Assembly (NCBI GenBank): GCA_963796275.1
Contig: CAWCKY010000003.1
Span: 1,152,001 to 1,216,000 of the forward strand
Length of the DNA: 64,000 nucleotides
Source of the DNA: an uncultured Acidobacteriota bacterium
GTDB taxonomy: Bacteria; Acidobacteriota; Blastocatellia; RBC074
Direction of reading: 5' to 3'
Positions within the stretch are counted from its first letter, which is position 1; each line of letters opens with the position of its first letter. A program made the position numbers and the translations under genes. This document shows, piece after piece, positions 18,840-30,547 of this stretch. The notes beneath the pieces were generated by a model. The model had not been told where the DNA came from, did no database searches, and saw only the letters and a list, made by a program, of their open reading frames with translations.

Positions 18840-19784
18840 ATGAGGCCGAAACTAACCACAGCATTGTTTGTAATTATTGGATTGAGTCTGACGTTTATTG
18901 CCGGATGCCACCATAGGCGCGCGGAGCGGGGCAGAGCGGATGGACCCGGGGCGGAAGAGAAGATCGCGCCCAGCGACGTGGCCAGGGACGGCAAGGAGGC
19001 AGCGATCTCCATCGTTGACAAAGGAGGTGAAGGGATCGACCTCCTGGAGAGAGAAGATATCAGCCGCGCCTACAAACTCGAGCCGGCGGCCTACGTGGAT
19101 ATCCAGGGCATCAACGGCAGCATCGACGTCGAGACGGCTGAAGTTGAGATCGCCGAAGTCCTCATCGTTCGTTCGGCCAACAAAAAAGACGAACTGCAAT
19201 ACCGCAAGATCAATATCGAGCATCAACCCAACTTGCTTCGCATCAGAGTCGAGAATGACCGAAAGAGTCTATTTTCGGCCCTGGGGACTATTCCGGAAGG
19301 CCGGCAGCGCGTCATGCTTAAAGTTCCCCGCAGCGTCGTGTTTAAAACACACGGTCTGAACGGTAATCTGACGACGGGCGAATTTGATCGCAAGGTGGAG
19401 ATCAATGGTGTAAACGGCCATGTCAAAATCGGACGTTCCACCGGCCAGGCGACCTTCCGCGGCATAAATGGAAAAATCGAAGCGACGGTTGCGAAACTCT
19501 CCGATGATGGCATCAGCCTCACCGGCGTCAACGGCGACACCGATCTGCGGTTCATCGGAGATGTCAACGCGACGATCGAAGCAAACGGGTTCCACGGCGA
19601 TGTCAAACCCGATCTGCCGAATGTCGAGGTACAGTCGGGCGAATCGAATATCGGTTTTTATAAAGCGCGGATCGGGAACGGCGGAATCCGGGTAAGAATA
19701 AATGGAGTCAATGGCAACGTCTTTCTGGGTAGAGCCGAGAAGAGCATAGCGGAATCGCCCAAACCTTCGGCCAAATCGAAATGA
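18840..19784 (+). CDS. DUF4097-like beta-strand repeat lipoprotein
   Basis: Lipobox IAGC; repeated GxNG motifs (GINGS, GLNGN, GVNGH, GINGK, GVNGD). Confidence 0.75.
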   Translation: MRPKLTTALFVIIGLSLTFIAGCHHRRAERGRADGPGAEEKIAPSDVARDGKEAAISIVDKGGEGIDLLEREDISRAYKLEPAAYVDIQGINGSIDVETAEVEIAEVLIVRSANKKDELQYRKINIEHQPNLLRIRVENDRKSLFSALGTIPEGRQRVMLKVPRSVVFKTHGLNGNLTTGEFDRKVEINGVNGHVKIGRSTGQATFRGINGKIEATVAKLSDDGISLTGVNGDTDLRFIGDVNATIEANGFHGDVKPDLPNVEVQSGESNIGFYKARIGNGGIRVRINGVNGNVFLGRAEKSIAESPKPSAKSK

Positions 19785-20704
19785 ATTCCATAAATCCAGT
19801 CATTGAACTAGACCAGCTGCGCGTCGCGTTTGGCAAGCGCCATATCCTGCAGGACCTTCAAGGTTCGCTCAAGGGCCGCTGCATCGGATTGCTCGGGCCG
19901 AACGGTGCGGGGAAGACGACGCTCATCCACACGCTGTTGGGATTTCACCGGCCCTCCGCCGGCTCCGCGCGCATCTTCGGACGCGACATTCGCCTGGAGG
20001 CTCAGCAGCTACGCACGCTCGTAGGTTATATGCCGGAGCGCGACGCGTTCATCTCTCACATGACCTGCGTGCATTTTGTGCGTCTGATGGGTGAGTTATC
20101 CGGGTTGCCCGGTGAGGCTGCGCTCGAACGTGCGCACGAGGCGCTCTTCTATGTCGGCCTGGGCGAATCGCGCTATCGCAAGCTCGACACCTATTCGCTC
20201 GGGATGAAACAGCTCGCCAAACTTGCGCAAGCGATAGTTCACGGCCCGCGCCTGCTCTTTCTCGATGAGCCGACGAACGGGCTCGACCCGCCGGCGCGCA
20301 AACGGATGCTCGAACTGATCCGCGAGGTCCGCGATTCAGGCCGCACACACATCGTGTTTTCATCTCATCTGCTGCGCGATGTCGAAGAATGCTGTGACGA
20401 GGTATTGATTTTGAAAGACGGGCATATTGCGGCCAATTGCAACCTGGAAGAGGAGCGGCGCGCCAATCGCAAATTTATCGAAATGGAGGCGCGCGATACG
20501 ACTCCGGCTTTCGTCGAAGCGATCGGCGCGCTGGGGTGCGAGTATGCGTTGACGGACAACCAGCGGATCAAGCTCGTCATGCAGGACGGGATGGAAATTC
20601 GCGACATTTATAAGGTCGCGGCGGCGAGCAACGTGCAGATTCGCCGGTTGAATTACAAACGCGATTCGCTCGAAGACATTTTCTTGAAGGCTATGGGACA
20701 GTGA
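19781..20704 (+). CDS. ABC transporter ATP-binding protein
   Basis: [24 protein letters not shown]. Confidence 0.95.
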   Translation: MNSINPVIELDQLRVAFGKRHILQDLQGSLKGRCIGLLGPNGAGKTTLIHTLLGFHRPSAGSARIFGRDIRLEAQQLRTLVGYMPERDAFISHMTCVHFVRLMGELSGLPGEAALERAHEALFYVGLGESRYRKLDTYSLGMKQLAKLAQAIVHGPRLLFLDEPTNGLDPPARKRMLELIREVRDSGRTHIVFSSHLLRDVEECCDEVLILKDGHIAANCNLEEERRANRKFIEMEARDTTPAFVEAIGALGCEYALTDNQRIKLVMQDGMEIRDIYKVAAASNVQIRRLNYKRDSLEDIFLKAMGQ

Positions 20705-20763
20705 GGCTTTGGTGATTTCTGTGTCCTGGCTTTCGTAGTGCATTTTCTTACCGGAGAATAAGA

Positions 20764-21626
20764 ATGGCCGTTTACGAACAGGGTTACAAACCGTATGAAG
20801 GAGAATTGACGCCCACCTGGTCGCGCTTTTTGGTGATCCCGCGTTATGCCTATCAGGACCTTTTCAAATACAAGTTGTTCATCGCCTTGTTCGTCCTCTG
20901 TTTCGTCTGGCCGCTGATCTCGACGGTCCTCATTTACCTGCGCCATAACGCCAATGCCCTGGCGGCCTTCGATTTGGTATTATCTGACGTAATACCGATT
21001 AACGGCACTTTCTTCTACATCTTTACCACCATACAGACTTCTCTGGCGTTTATTTTCACGGTGATCATCGGGCCGGTTCTGATTTCGCGGGATCTGGCCA
21101 ATAACGCTCTGCCGTTATATCTCAGCCGCCCCTTTTCGCGATTTGAGTACATCATAGGCAAAATGTCGGTATTGGTGCTTCTCCTCTCGGCGTTCACATG
21201 GGTTCCGGGATTGTTGTTATTTCTCTTTCAGTCGTATCTCGAGGGAGGCGGTTGGATGGCGGACAACCTGTGGATTGCTACAGCGATTTTCACCTTGAGC
21301 ATGGCCTGGCTGATGATCCTGGCATTGCTGGCGATGGCATTTTCCGCTTGGATAAAATGGCGCACCGCTGCGAGCGCGGCGTTATTCGCTATCTTCATCG
21401 TGCCCACGCCGATTGGCGTGGCGATCCACGAGATCCTCAATTCCGACAAGGGGTTTTTGCTCAATCTCGGGGTGGCCTACGGATCATTGGCCGCTCACCT
21501 GTTCCGCCTGGATTGGATGAATGAATTACTATCGCCGGTCGAAGCATGGGCGTATTCCTCGGGTTTGCAGCGCTCTCTCTTTACATGCTCGCGCGCAAGG
21601 TGCGGGCTTACGAGGTGGTGTCGTAA
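20764..21626 (+). CDS. ABC-2 type permease (frameshift near 21550; corrected stop at 21626)
   Basis: Multiple TM helices, [16 protein letters not shown]; corrected end [10 protein letters not shown] overlaps the next ATG. Confidence 0.85.
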
Positions 21627-22585
21627 TGCGATCGAACAGTGAACATCTGAGCTCCGAGATCGTTTTTGAGGATGTCTCGAAGTTCTATGGTGAGATCCTC
21701 GGCATCAATCGCGTCAATCTGACGATTATGCCGGGCATCACATCGCTCGTCGGCCCCAATGGTTCGGGGAAAACGACGTTGATGAATCTGATGACCGGAT
21801 TGATTCAGCCGACGCGCGGTCGCATCAGCATTCTCGGCGTCTCGCCGGACGAGCCGCAGTCGCTCTTTCGCATGGTCGGCTATTGCGGGCAGTTCGATTC
21901 GTTTCCGAAAGGGATGACCGGATATGAGTTCATCAAATCGTTCCTGCTCATTCACGGTTACTCGAAGAAAGAAGCGGACGAGAAGACGTGGATCGCAATC
22001 GAACGGGTCGATCTGGTCGATGCCGCGCATCGCAAAGTGGCCGGTTACAGCAAAGGAATGCGGCAGCGCATCCGCCTGGCGCAATCGATCGCGCACGATC
22101 CGACCGTTATGATTCTGGACGAACCCCTGAACGGTCTCGATCCGATGGCACGGGCGGAGACGATCCGCCTCTTCCGCCAACTCGCGAAAGGCGGGCTTCA
22201 CCTGATCATATCGAGCCATATCCTGCATGAAGTGGATATGATGTCGGACCGCGTCGTATTGATCAACAACGGCTATATTCTAGCCGAGGGCGGTGTGAGC
22301 GGCGTCCGCGAAGAGATGGATGAGCATCCGCTCCAGATCATGATTCGTTGCGATCATCCGCAGGATCTGGCCGCCCGCGTTTTCGCCTCGGACAACGTCG
22401 TCGAAGCTCAATTGCATCGGGACAATGGTGGATTGTTCATCAAGACGCGCAATGCCGAGGCGTTCTACCTGCTGCTCAATCGCCTCGTCGTGGAAAACGG
22501 AGTGGGCATCGAATCGGTCGCGCCGGTCGACGATGACCTCAATGCGGTTTATCACTATCTGATCGGATCGAACGGAAGCGGTTGA
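21626..22585 (+). CDS. ABC transporter ATP-binding protein
   Basis: [27 protein letters not shown]. Confidence 0.95.
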   Translation: MRSNSEHLSSEIVFEDVSKFYGEILGINRVNLTIMPGITSLVGPNGSGKTTLMNLMTGLIQPTRGRISILGVSPDEPQSLFRMVGYCGQFDSFPKGMTGYEFIKSFLLIHGYSKKEADEKTWIAIERVDLVDAAHRKVAGYSKGMRQRIRLAQSIAHDPTVMILDEPLNGLDPMARAETIRLFRQLAKGGLHLIISSHILHEVDMMSDRVVLINNGYILAEGGVSGVREEMDEHPLQIMIRCDHPQDLAARVFASDNVVEAQLHRDNGGLFIKTRNAEAFYLLLNRLVVENGVGIESVAPVDDDLNAVYHYLIGSNGSG

Positions 22586-22682
22586 CGATTTGGCCGGGAT
22601 TTACAGGGTTTTTCAGGGTTTACCCACTATCCTGTCATTCTTGAATAATCTGGTGAGCCCAGTCTATTGGTGAGGCACAAGC

Positions 22683-23549
22683 ATGCGTACAGAGATTGAA
22701 ACAATGAAACCGGTGGCGGCCCATCCGGACTGGCCGCTCTGGCTGCGGCAGGTCCGCGCGATTTTGCGAATAGAAATCAGGAAGAACTTTTTGGGCAAAC
22801 GGGCGTTGTTGCTCTATTTGTTTGCAGCGATCCCGGTGCTGTTGATGTTCATATTAGTAGTATTCGACCCGAATGCAGAGGATGACATCAGGGGAAGATG
22901 GTCGGCGGCGGTTGAGACTTTCGCGTACATTTATGAAGCCTTGATACTGCGAACGATGGTCTTTTTCGGCTGCGCATGGATTTTTATGAACCTCTTTCGC
23001 GGCGAGGTAGTCGATAAGAGTCTGCACTACTACTTTCTCGCGCCGCTCCGGCGCGAAGTCCTGGTCGCCGGAAAATTTATGTCGGGTTTGCTGGCATCGG
23101 TCGTACTGTTCACTCTGACGAGTGCGGGATCGCTTTATTTCCTCTACTACGCGCGCGGCTATCCGGCGAATGTGGAATATCTCTTCGATGGCCCTGGAAT
23201 GGCACAGGTTCTTACCTATCTTGGAATAACCATTCTCGCGTGTCTCGGTTATGGGGCAGTATTTCTCGTCATCGGATTATTCTTTCGCAATCCGATCATA
23301 CCGGCGTTGCTCGTGTATGGTTGGGAGTGGATAAATTTCCTGCTGCCGCCCGTATTGAAGAAGATCAGCATCGTTCATTACTTGCACACGCTCTCTCCCG
23401 TGCCTATGAATGAAGGTCCGCTGGCGACTGTGGCGGAAGCTACGCCACCCTGGATCTCGGTACCGAGTTTAATCGTTTTTACGGCGCTCGTGTTGTTCCT
23501 CGCCGGTATCCGCATACGAAAGATGGAGATTGGGTATGGCGTGGAATAG
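22683..23549 (+). CDS. ABC-2 type permease
   Basis: About six TM helices; [17 protein letters not shown]. Confidence 0.88.
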   Translation: MRTEIETMKPVAAHPDWPLWLRQVRAILRIEIRKNFLGKRALLLYLFAAIPVLLMFILVVFDPNAEDDIRGRWSAAVETFAYIYEALILRTMVFFGCAWIFMNLFRGEVVDKSLHYYFLAPLRREVLVAGKFMSGLLASVVLFTLTSAGSLYFLYYARGYPANVEYLFDGPGMAQVLTYLGITILACLGYGAVFLVIGLFFRNPIIPALLVYGWEWINFLLPPVLKKISIVHYLHTLSPVPMNEGPLATVAEATPPWISVPSLIVFTALVLFLAGIRIRKMEIGYGVE

Positions 23550-24197
23550 AAATAATGGGAACCGATTGACGGACTGAGGCCAGATGGCCTTGCGAGTTTT
23601 CATAAGTCAAGGTTAAGCGCGCCGAGCGCCGGCGGTGAAAAGACCTGCGTGTCATCGCCGATCCCGGCTCCATTCATCTTGGCTCGCCATAGACCGATTG
23701 TCTTAATATCAGTTTTTCTATTCTCATTAATACCTCCCCCTGTAGATCGCACATCCCATAAATGCGAAGAGACACGATTGGCTGTATCGTGCCGCTTCGC
23801 CTCCTAAAAAGGCTGTTAAAGTGGTTGGCTGAGGCGTATATCGCGTTTTCACCCACTGAATGGCCGAGCAAAAAAAACTTGCAAGAAAATATAGAGAAAA
23901 TTATTTAGTCTGAGCCTCTGACGCCCCTGATAGGTGACTGGGAGGGCAGAAAGAAACTGGGTCCTCCGTCAAATATCCAGGTTATTACAAGGCGTAAAAC
24001 CTCTCGGCTACCGCCTCAACCGTCTTCTGGTTATCCGGTCACACTGTCGCTCTAGGTCCTCGGGTTGAACTGACCGACGGTTTTGATCTGCGATCAACTT
24101 AGACTCTGGCAAATGCCAATAGTTCCGTCTCATTTACAATTTGTATTGATCGGATGTCACTTCTTCAATAGCAAATGGCAACTGAACCAGTTATGTT

Positions 24198-24758
24198 ATG
24201 CTTGAGCAATATTCCAGAGGCTATATCAAGATGATCGAAGATATTCGGCAAGAAGGTATCTCAAGCGGCCCGCAAATTTTCTCAGAATTCCAATCGCTCG
24301 ACCCGCGAGTTATTAAACTTTGGATGGTCAGCGATCTGGTCGGATATGGTGTCATGCTGCTCATTCTCCTGCTCAGTTGCCTCGTCTGGGCATTTTGGCA
24401 GCCCTTGATTATGTTGTGGCTGGTCGCCGGCTGGCTTGTGGTGGCCGTAACTTGTTTGTGGTACAGCTTCTGGCGCCCACCCCGGGCTTATCGCGCTTGG
24501 GGTTATCGGATTGACAATCGGGTACTGGAGACGCGCAGCGGGATAGTATTTCACCGCGCACGATTGCTGCCACTCTCACGGCTGCAACACGTAGACATCG
24601 AGCGTGGTCCGTTCGAGCGAATGTATGGCCTCGCTTCGCTAGTTTTGCATACCGCCGGGACGCATTCGGCTAGTATTTTGATCCCTGGTCTAGACGCGGA
24701 CGAGGCTCTCCGGTTACGAGATCGGCTCGTGGAGGTCGGAGGGGACGATGCCGTCTGA
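24198..24758 (+). CDS. Bacterial PH-domain membrane protein (YdbS-like)
   Basis: Two TM helices + [27 protein letters not shown]. Confidence 0.88.
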   Translation: MLEQYSRGYIKMIEDIRQEGISSGPQIFSEFQSLDPRVIKLWMVSDLVGYGVMLLILLLSCLVWAFWQPLIMLWLVAGWLVVAVTCLWYSFWRPPRAYRAWGYRIDNRVLETRSGIVFHRARLLPLSRLQHVDIERGPFERMYGLASLVLHTAGTHSASILIPGLDADEALRLRDRLVEVGGDDAV

Positions 24759-26267
24759 AATTTTATCTCAACCAATTTTTGAAGGGCGATTGCATCCGCT
24801 CACGCTCCTTTTCGGCTTATTGAAAGGGCTTCGAGGAGCGATTCCTATTATCCCGCTGATCTACCTGGGCAATAGATGGACATTCGCGATGCTATTGCTG
24901 ATCTTTTTTGTGGGAACAGTAATCAGTGCGCTCGCGCGCTACTTCTCATTCAGCTATCGCATCAAGGACAACGAATTGATCACCGAGCAGGGAATACTGG
25001 CGCGCAAACATCGGAGCATACCGCTCGAGAGAGTGCAGGAGATTCGCATCGAACAGGGCGTTATGCACCGTCTCTTCAATGTCGTCAACGCCCGGATCGA
25101 AACGGGTGGAGGGGAAGGCGCAGAAGCCAGCCTCTCTGTGCTCTCGCGACCTGAAGCCGAAAAATTACGGCGGATTGTCATTGAACGGGCCGCGGCGATC
25201 AGGGCTGGAAGCGCGCAAACGCATACCGCAAATGCAGATGTCATTGCGCCTGACCGAATCATCATCTGCCGATTGGGCTTCAAAGATTTGATAATCGACG
25301 GATTGATTTCAAATCATGTCTCTCTTTTTTCGTGCTCGCTGGAATGATCTGGAATTTCGCAGATGATATTTTGCCAGAAAATATCTACCAGCAGGCGGCG
25401 GGTATCGTTTCCGAAGCAATGATGCGCCTGATTGCGAGAGGGGCTGTGACTGCTGTAGTAATCACCGTGCTCGGCGCCCTGACCATACTTGTTGTCGGAC
25501 TCGTCGCTTCAATCGCGCGCTCTTTTCTTAAGTTTTACGGGTTCACCTTTTCTCGTCGCGGTGACGATCTGCAGCGCAGTTACGGTCTCCTGACGCAAAG
25601 AGCCAGCAGTCTGCCGCGCCGCCGCATTCAGGTGTTGGAGATCGAGGAGCAGTTATTGCGCCGCCTGTTCGGCTGGGCGACCCTGCGTGCCGATACATCC
25701 GGAAGTCATCGCGAGGACGAAGACAATAATGACGGGCGTGACGTATTGATCCCGCTCGTGCGTCGCGGCGAGGTCGATCGGCTGCTACCGATCATCTTCG
25801 ATAGTTTCAAGCCGGAAGATAAAGAGTGGCGCCGTGTATCCAGACTTGCGATCCGGCGCGGGACGATCAAAGGCGGATTTTTGGGTTTAATTACCTCTGC
25901 CGCCTTGTTCTTATATTACGGAGAATTGTTTGCCTTGTGGCCACTGACGATGTTGCCGCTGGCCTATCTCATCAGCCTGGCTCGTTACCGAAACCTGGGC
26001 TATGCGATGGATGATCTCTACTTGCGTACGAGGCGAGGCTGGCTCGGACGCTCGACCCACATAGTCCCCATCAACAAGATTCAGGCGATCGAGATCCAGC
26101 AAACCCCGTTCGATCGCCATCTTAATCTGGCCACCCTGTATATCGACACGGCCGGACAGGCATATACGGGTGGAGGCCCGCACATCAGTAATCTGCCGTT
26201 TGCCGAAGCGAGATTTATCGCGGCTGAGTTGGCCCACAAGGCAGCCGCAACGAGATATAAATGGTAG
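24748..26267 (+). CDS. Bacterial PH-domain membrane protein (YdbT-like, three bPH_2 domains), frameshift near 25330
   Basis: RLHPLT start; three repeats of (R/K)xQxxxIxQ/E...RLxx...IETG/DTS/DTAG; split into 24748-25347 and 25332-26267. Confidence 0.85.
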
Positions 26268-26410
26268 AGCATTTAACATTTGTCATTTGTCATTTGTCAT
26301 TTGTCATTAATTGATGGAGCTTTTTCAACTGACAACTGACAACTGACAACTGACAACTGACAACTGACAACTGACAACTGACAACTGACAACTGATAAAT
26401 GACAAATGCT
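26268..26410. repeat. Heptamer-repeat hairpin: (CATTTGT)4 ... (CAACTGA)10
   Basis: Tandem 7-mers with complementary arms filling the gap between convergent stop codons. Confidence 0.9.
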
Positions 26411-29400
26411 CAGTTCCCCTTACCCTGGAAAATATTCAGCCATGACAGAATATTCTGCACCGCTTCGGGAAATTGCGCACCCAGCAGCGCGATGATCGGG
26501 ACTATGCCATGAATCAGCACCCTATAAACCAGATCGCCGCTCAGATTGAATGTTCCCGGGGTAGTGCCTGATAGCAAACTCAGCACTCTGTCGCGATTCA
26601 ATTGTATGAAGATGAATAGCGTCACCGCGGCGACCACCAGCATTGATACCCAACTGAAGAGCAATAACGGCTCGCGCGGCTGGAATGGATAGGATGTGGC
26701 GGCCAGCAGCATTAAGATCAACCCCACGGTCACCAGTCCCGCCATGTTCTGCAGATGCACGAGAATGTACTGCAGAAACGAAGCGACATGACCGATCATA
26801 AAAACCCTGCCCTGCCTGACCAGATCGGGATATTTCGCGGAGTCGTCGCCGATCTCGGTCCAGCGCGCTTCCATCCAGTCGGCTATCTCGTGGGAAGCAG
26901 CCGATATCGCCTGCTGCGTATCGCGGCGCGGTTTCAATGAGGCGCGCCATCGCCCCTCAGATTCGGCCTGGATCGCCTGCTGCAGCAGCTCTTCGGCTTC
27001 ATCGATTTCAAACCAGATATTTTTCTGGGTCCGGTTCGGCCATATCGAAACCCGCTCTTGTTTTTTCGTGTCATCGAGCAGACGGAAGAACTCCTTCGCG
27101 TGAGTGATCGAAGCGGACATCGCGGTATAAGTCGGCGTAGGCGACATTAAATTGACTTTTGGCATCAGTTGCAGGCTGTTGGTATCTATCGGCGTGTTGA
27201 ACAGAGGATGCCACTCCAGACGTTTGAGCAGTTGCCGGAGGGCCAGCGAGAGCCAGCAGAACCGCAGAAATGTCCAGCCGAGCAGTAGCGGTATCAGGTA
27301 GAACCCCATCTTGAAGAACCAGTCGATCCATTGCCCTTCGATGGATGGGATGTGGTGATCGATGAAGCGATGATAGTAGGGTATTCCTACGATGATGATC
27401 ATCAGGTATGCGCCGTTGACCGAAAAAATGCGTCCGATGACGAGTGCCTTTACTTTGTCTTCAATGGTTTTGAGCCCGGCGAACGATTCCCTCGCAAAGT
27501 TAAGATACGGATCGAATGAGGGAGGCTCTTTTGTCTGATCCTTCAGGAAATACATCTTCTCGGCCAGCTCCAATCGCCGTAGTGCGCTGAAGATGGCTAA
27601 AAAGAAGGCGAGGCTCAGAAATATCCACGGCAACAATATAGAAACGCCGCTCCTGAAATCGGTGGCGCGCAGAAAGAAGAAAAGCGATTCTAGGGCCGTT
27701 TTTTTAGTGTACGCGGAGATCACCATGCTTCCCAGCGCGATGCACGCCAGTAACAACATCACCATAGCTATCAGCAAGGAGAAAAACGCCATCGACCGCG
27801 ATCGCAGCCCAACGTATGGCTGGCGCACCCAATCGAGAATACTCAAGAGCAGCCATGGAAGGACCGAGAAGAGAATAAGCAGAGTGAGCGCGAAGACCGT
27901 GTATGCGGCAGCTCGGGCCCAGATGCTGTGATCCCACAAGGGATTTTTTTCGAGCCTTATCCATTCGGGCAACAACGCCGTCACTGTACAGACGAGTGAA
28001 ATGATCAGCAGGCTGACGCAGCATGAGAAAAGATAGACTCGCCGGTCGAAGTTGTAGCAATATTTCTCGTCGACGCTGAAAGTCCGTCCGACCCAGGTGC
28101 GATTGAGGAGTTTGAGTGAATTCAGCCACTGGTGAATATCACCGGTCAGCTTGAAAAAATAGAAGCGTTTGCCCAGCAATCTGAAGGGCCACTTGTGCGA
28201 CTGTTCGTTGAGCAGCTCCCGCACCATTTGCAGAAGCAAGACAACTACCGGAAACAGGCACAACAGACCGATCAACAATAAGATACCGGTTATCAGAGAT
28301 GAGTGGTCGCTATGACTTACGCGCACCAGTCGATTCTGGCCGTTTGTTGTCTCGGGTTTGGGCGGGATCGGATATGTCCCGCTCACCTGCGCCGCATCCT
28401 GTTGTAATTTATCTATCCCCTCATTCAATTTTTCGCGCGGGATTTTTTGCTCTTCATCCGGCCCGATAATCTTGACCGGCCAGATGCTGTTGCGCCCTAC
28501 GATCCCGAGCCAGTAAACCGGGTGATGGAAATGAGACTCGGAATCCGCCCCGGAATGTCGGCCTGTATCGAATGGACGCCCGTATTCAACCATTCTTTCG
28601 GGTTCATCCATCAGAGCCAGAAGCGCGTTATAGACCCCTTCAGCGCCATGAGAGGAAAATTGCAGACGGCCCTTATATCCATTGAATGGATAACTCCAGT
28701 ACTGGTTGAGATTGAAGAGCGGATAGGGTGAAATTACGAGAGAGCCCTGAAAATCCAGATTCGCTTCGGAATGCAGGTAGAGGAGGTCTCCGCTGAACAT
28801 AAAGATGACGGCGTTAGGGCAATGTTTACGCAGTTCCCGTACGAGGAATATCTGGTCCTGTACGTCGGTCGCCACCAATCCGATATAGCGTATCGGCTCG
28901 CGGTGAATCGCGGAAAGAATTTCTCTCAGGATAAGTTCGGTTGATGCCGTCTCGAGAGGAGAAAAGAGCGGGATGACATCGCGGGCATCAGATCCTTCGT
29001 TTAGTGGCAGAGATGTCTCGTGTGTCGGGCTGAGCGCACTATCGCTGACATCCGGTTTTGCACTGGTCCTCGTTTTAGATACCTCGTTGCGCAACTTCGA
29101 TATGTGGAGTGGAAAGGTGAGCGATAAGACGTTTACATCCACAGAGTCTTTGTCCTGATTCTGTTCAGAGAAGCAAGGCGATTCTACATCCAGAAGCTCG
29201 CTCTTCATCTGATTTTTTATTCTCTTGGTTTTCTCTAAATTTTCCGTGTCAGTTTGTTTCGGTTTACTTTTTTGACCATAGGATGTGTTGCCTTCGGTAA
29301 GGATCGCTATTTGAGGTTCGTCAACTCCTTCCTTGATTGCGCCAATGTCGCGCAGGTATGCGAAAAAGGCTTTTTGTACATCGGAATCGAGCGGGACAGT

Positions 29401-30270
29401 CGTGTTGAATGTCACATTCGCATTATTTCCGGTGAGGCAGAGGATGTCGTTTTTGTTAATCGCCGTGGCGCTGCCCGAAATGATCTGCACTTTTACGCGA
29501 GCAGACCGCGGTCTCTGATTGAAAAGCTCTTTGATCGAGAGGGAGAGCGATGTCGCCGAGCCGGAAAAACTGGGGCCGAGCACACGGATTTTCCAGCTCC
29601 CGTCTTCCGATGGCTGAGAGATCCCCGCTTCGTGGAGCCGCAATATCTGGTCGAGCGCATTGTTGAAAGCATCTTTGTGTATCCCGGTGGTCGGAGTTTC
29701 ACCCACCAGAAATAGTAGTAACAATCGGCGGTCGTCCGGTTTGATATTGCGGAAAAGGATGATGCCCGGTTCACGCAAATAGGCGCGCCGCATCTGGTAA
29801 GCCGTCAGCTGTTGCGAGCTCATCGATCGCCCCCAGGGCAGCCGGTTGCGGTCCAACACATATCCGGTTACTTCAACCGCGCGTTGCATCGCATCGAGAT
29901 TGCGGTCGAAGAAATAATCGAGACGCGAATCTCGGGGATCGGGAATGGTGGCGATCATATGCTCGATGTGATATCCCTTCGGATTCCTGCCGGCCAGGAG
30001 GAGACAATAGTCACCGCGTTCATTGTCAGGTTTTGCAGGTTTTATGCCGAAGAAGTCACAGAGCAATCTCGCCGCACCATCTCGCTCCGGCCCAGGCGTG
30101 CGAGATGCCGCGACCGATTGGGCGGTCGATCCCGCGGCCAGAGCCGCTGATGGTTTTTGGTTGATCGCATCCTGTAAGGCAGCCCCTTGCTTCCAGCTTA
30201 TCACCGGAAGAACGACCGCAAGTGCGACCAATAAAGAAAGCATGGCAGATTTTTGGTTCAGGCTATTCAT
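26410..30270 (-). CDS. Large uncharacterised membrane protein (N-terminal exported alpha/beta domain, multi-TM C-terminal half)
   Basis: 1286-aa uninterrupted ORF; signal/TM at the N-terminus; many hydrophobic segments after residue ~655. Confidence 0.85.
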   Translation of the reverse strand: MNSLNQKSAMLSLLVALAVVLPVISWKQGAALQDAINQKPSAALAAGSTAQSVAASRTPGPERDGAARLLCDFFGIKPAKPDNERGDYCLLLAGRNPKGYHIEHMIATIPDPRDSRLDYFFDRNLDAMQRAVEVTGYVLDRNRLPWGRSMSSQQLTAYQMRRAYLREPGIILFRNIKPDDRRLLLLFLVGETPTTGIHKDAFNNALDQILRLHEAGISQPSEDGSWKIRVLGPSFSGSATSLSLSIKELFNQRPRSARVKVQIISGSATAINKNDILCLTGNNANVTFNTTVPLDSDVQKAFFAYLRDIGAIKEGVDEPQIAILTEGNTSYGQKSKPKQTDTENLEKTKRIKNQMKSELLDVESPCFSEQNQDKDSVDVNVLSLTFPLHISKLRNEVSKTRTSAKPDVSDSALSPTHETSLPLNEGSDARDVIPLFSPLETASTELILREILSAIHREPIRYIGLVATDVQDQIFLVRELRKHCPNAVIFMFSGDLLYLHSEANLDFQGSLVISPYPLFNLNQYWSYPFNGYKGRLQFSSHGAEGVYNALLALMDEPERMVEYGRPFDTGRHSGADSESHFHHPVYWLGIVGRNSIWPVKIIGPDEEQKIPREKLNEGIDKLQQDAAQVSGTYPIPPKPETTNGQNRLVRVSHSDHSSLITGILLLIGLLCLFPVVVLLLQMVRELLNEQSHKWPFRLLGKRFYFFKLTGDIHQWLNSLKLLNRTWVGRTFSVDEKYCYNFDRRVYLFSCCVSLLIISLVCTVTALLPEWIRLEKNPLWDHSIWARAAAYTVFALTLLILFSVLPWLLLSILDWVRQPYVGLRSRSMAFFSLLIAMVMLLLACIALGSMVISAYTKKTALESLFFFLRATDFRSGVSILLPWIFLSLAFFLAIFSALRRLELAEKMYFLKDQTKEPPSFDPYLNFARESFAGLKTIEDKVKALVIGRIFSVNGAYLMIIIVGIPYYHRFIDHHIPSIEGQWIDWFFKMGFYLIPLLLGWTFLRFCWLSLALRQLLKRLEWHPLFNTPIDTNSLQLMPKVNLMSPTPTYTAMSASITHAKEFFRLLDDTKKQERVSIWPNRTQKNIWFEIDEAEELLQQAIQAESEGRWRASLKPRRDTQQAISAASHEIADWMEARWTEIGDDSAKYPDLVRQGRVFMIGHVASFLQYILVHLQNMAGLVTVGLILMLLAATSYPFQPREPLLLFSWVSMLVVAAVTLFIFIQLNRDRVLSLLSGTTPGTFNLSGDLVYRVLIHGIVPIIALLGAQFPEAVQNILSWLNIFQGKGN

Positions 30271-30547
30271 CGCTCACTGGCTGACAATCTAAAAGGAAAC
30301 CGGGTTCCGGATTCAATTGTGAAGAAATTGATCTCGGGGGAAAATTAAAGCGATGTCTATTGGTGTCATCTTAGTCGGGTAACATACAATAAAAGTTGAT
30401 TGAAAGGAAGGATACGGAAGACAGGGACTAATGGTAGGTGCGTGCAAAGAAAGATGAAGAGGCTTTGTTAGAAGATTTGCAACATTGTCCTAATGTCTAA
30501 CGCTTTCTGGCCCTTCGTTTTAGCCTCATAATTTGGATATTTAAAAC

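Noticed and set aside
22590-22670. Degenerate 9-10-bp repeat hairpin (CAGGGTTT...ATCCTG)
   Set aside because: Too decayed to delimit or call with confidence
23880-24130. c-di-AMP or c-di-GMP riboswitch, 6S RNA or tmRNA
   Set aside because: Only short partial motif resemblances; the required conserved elements are missing
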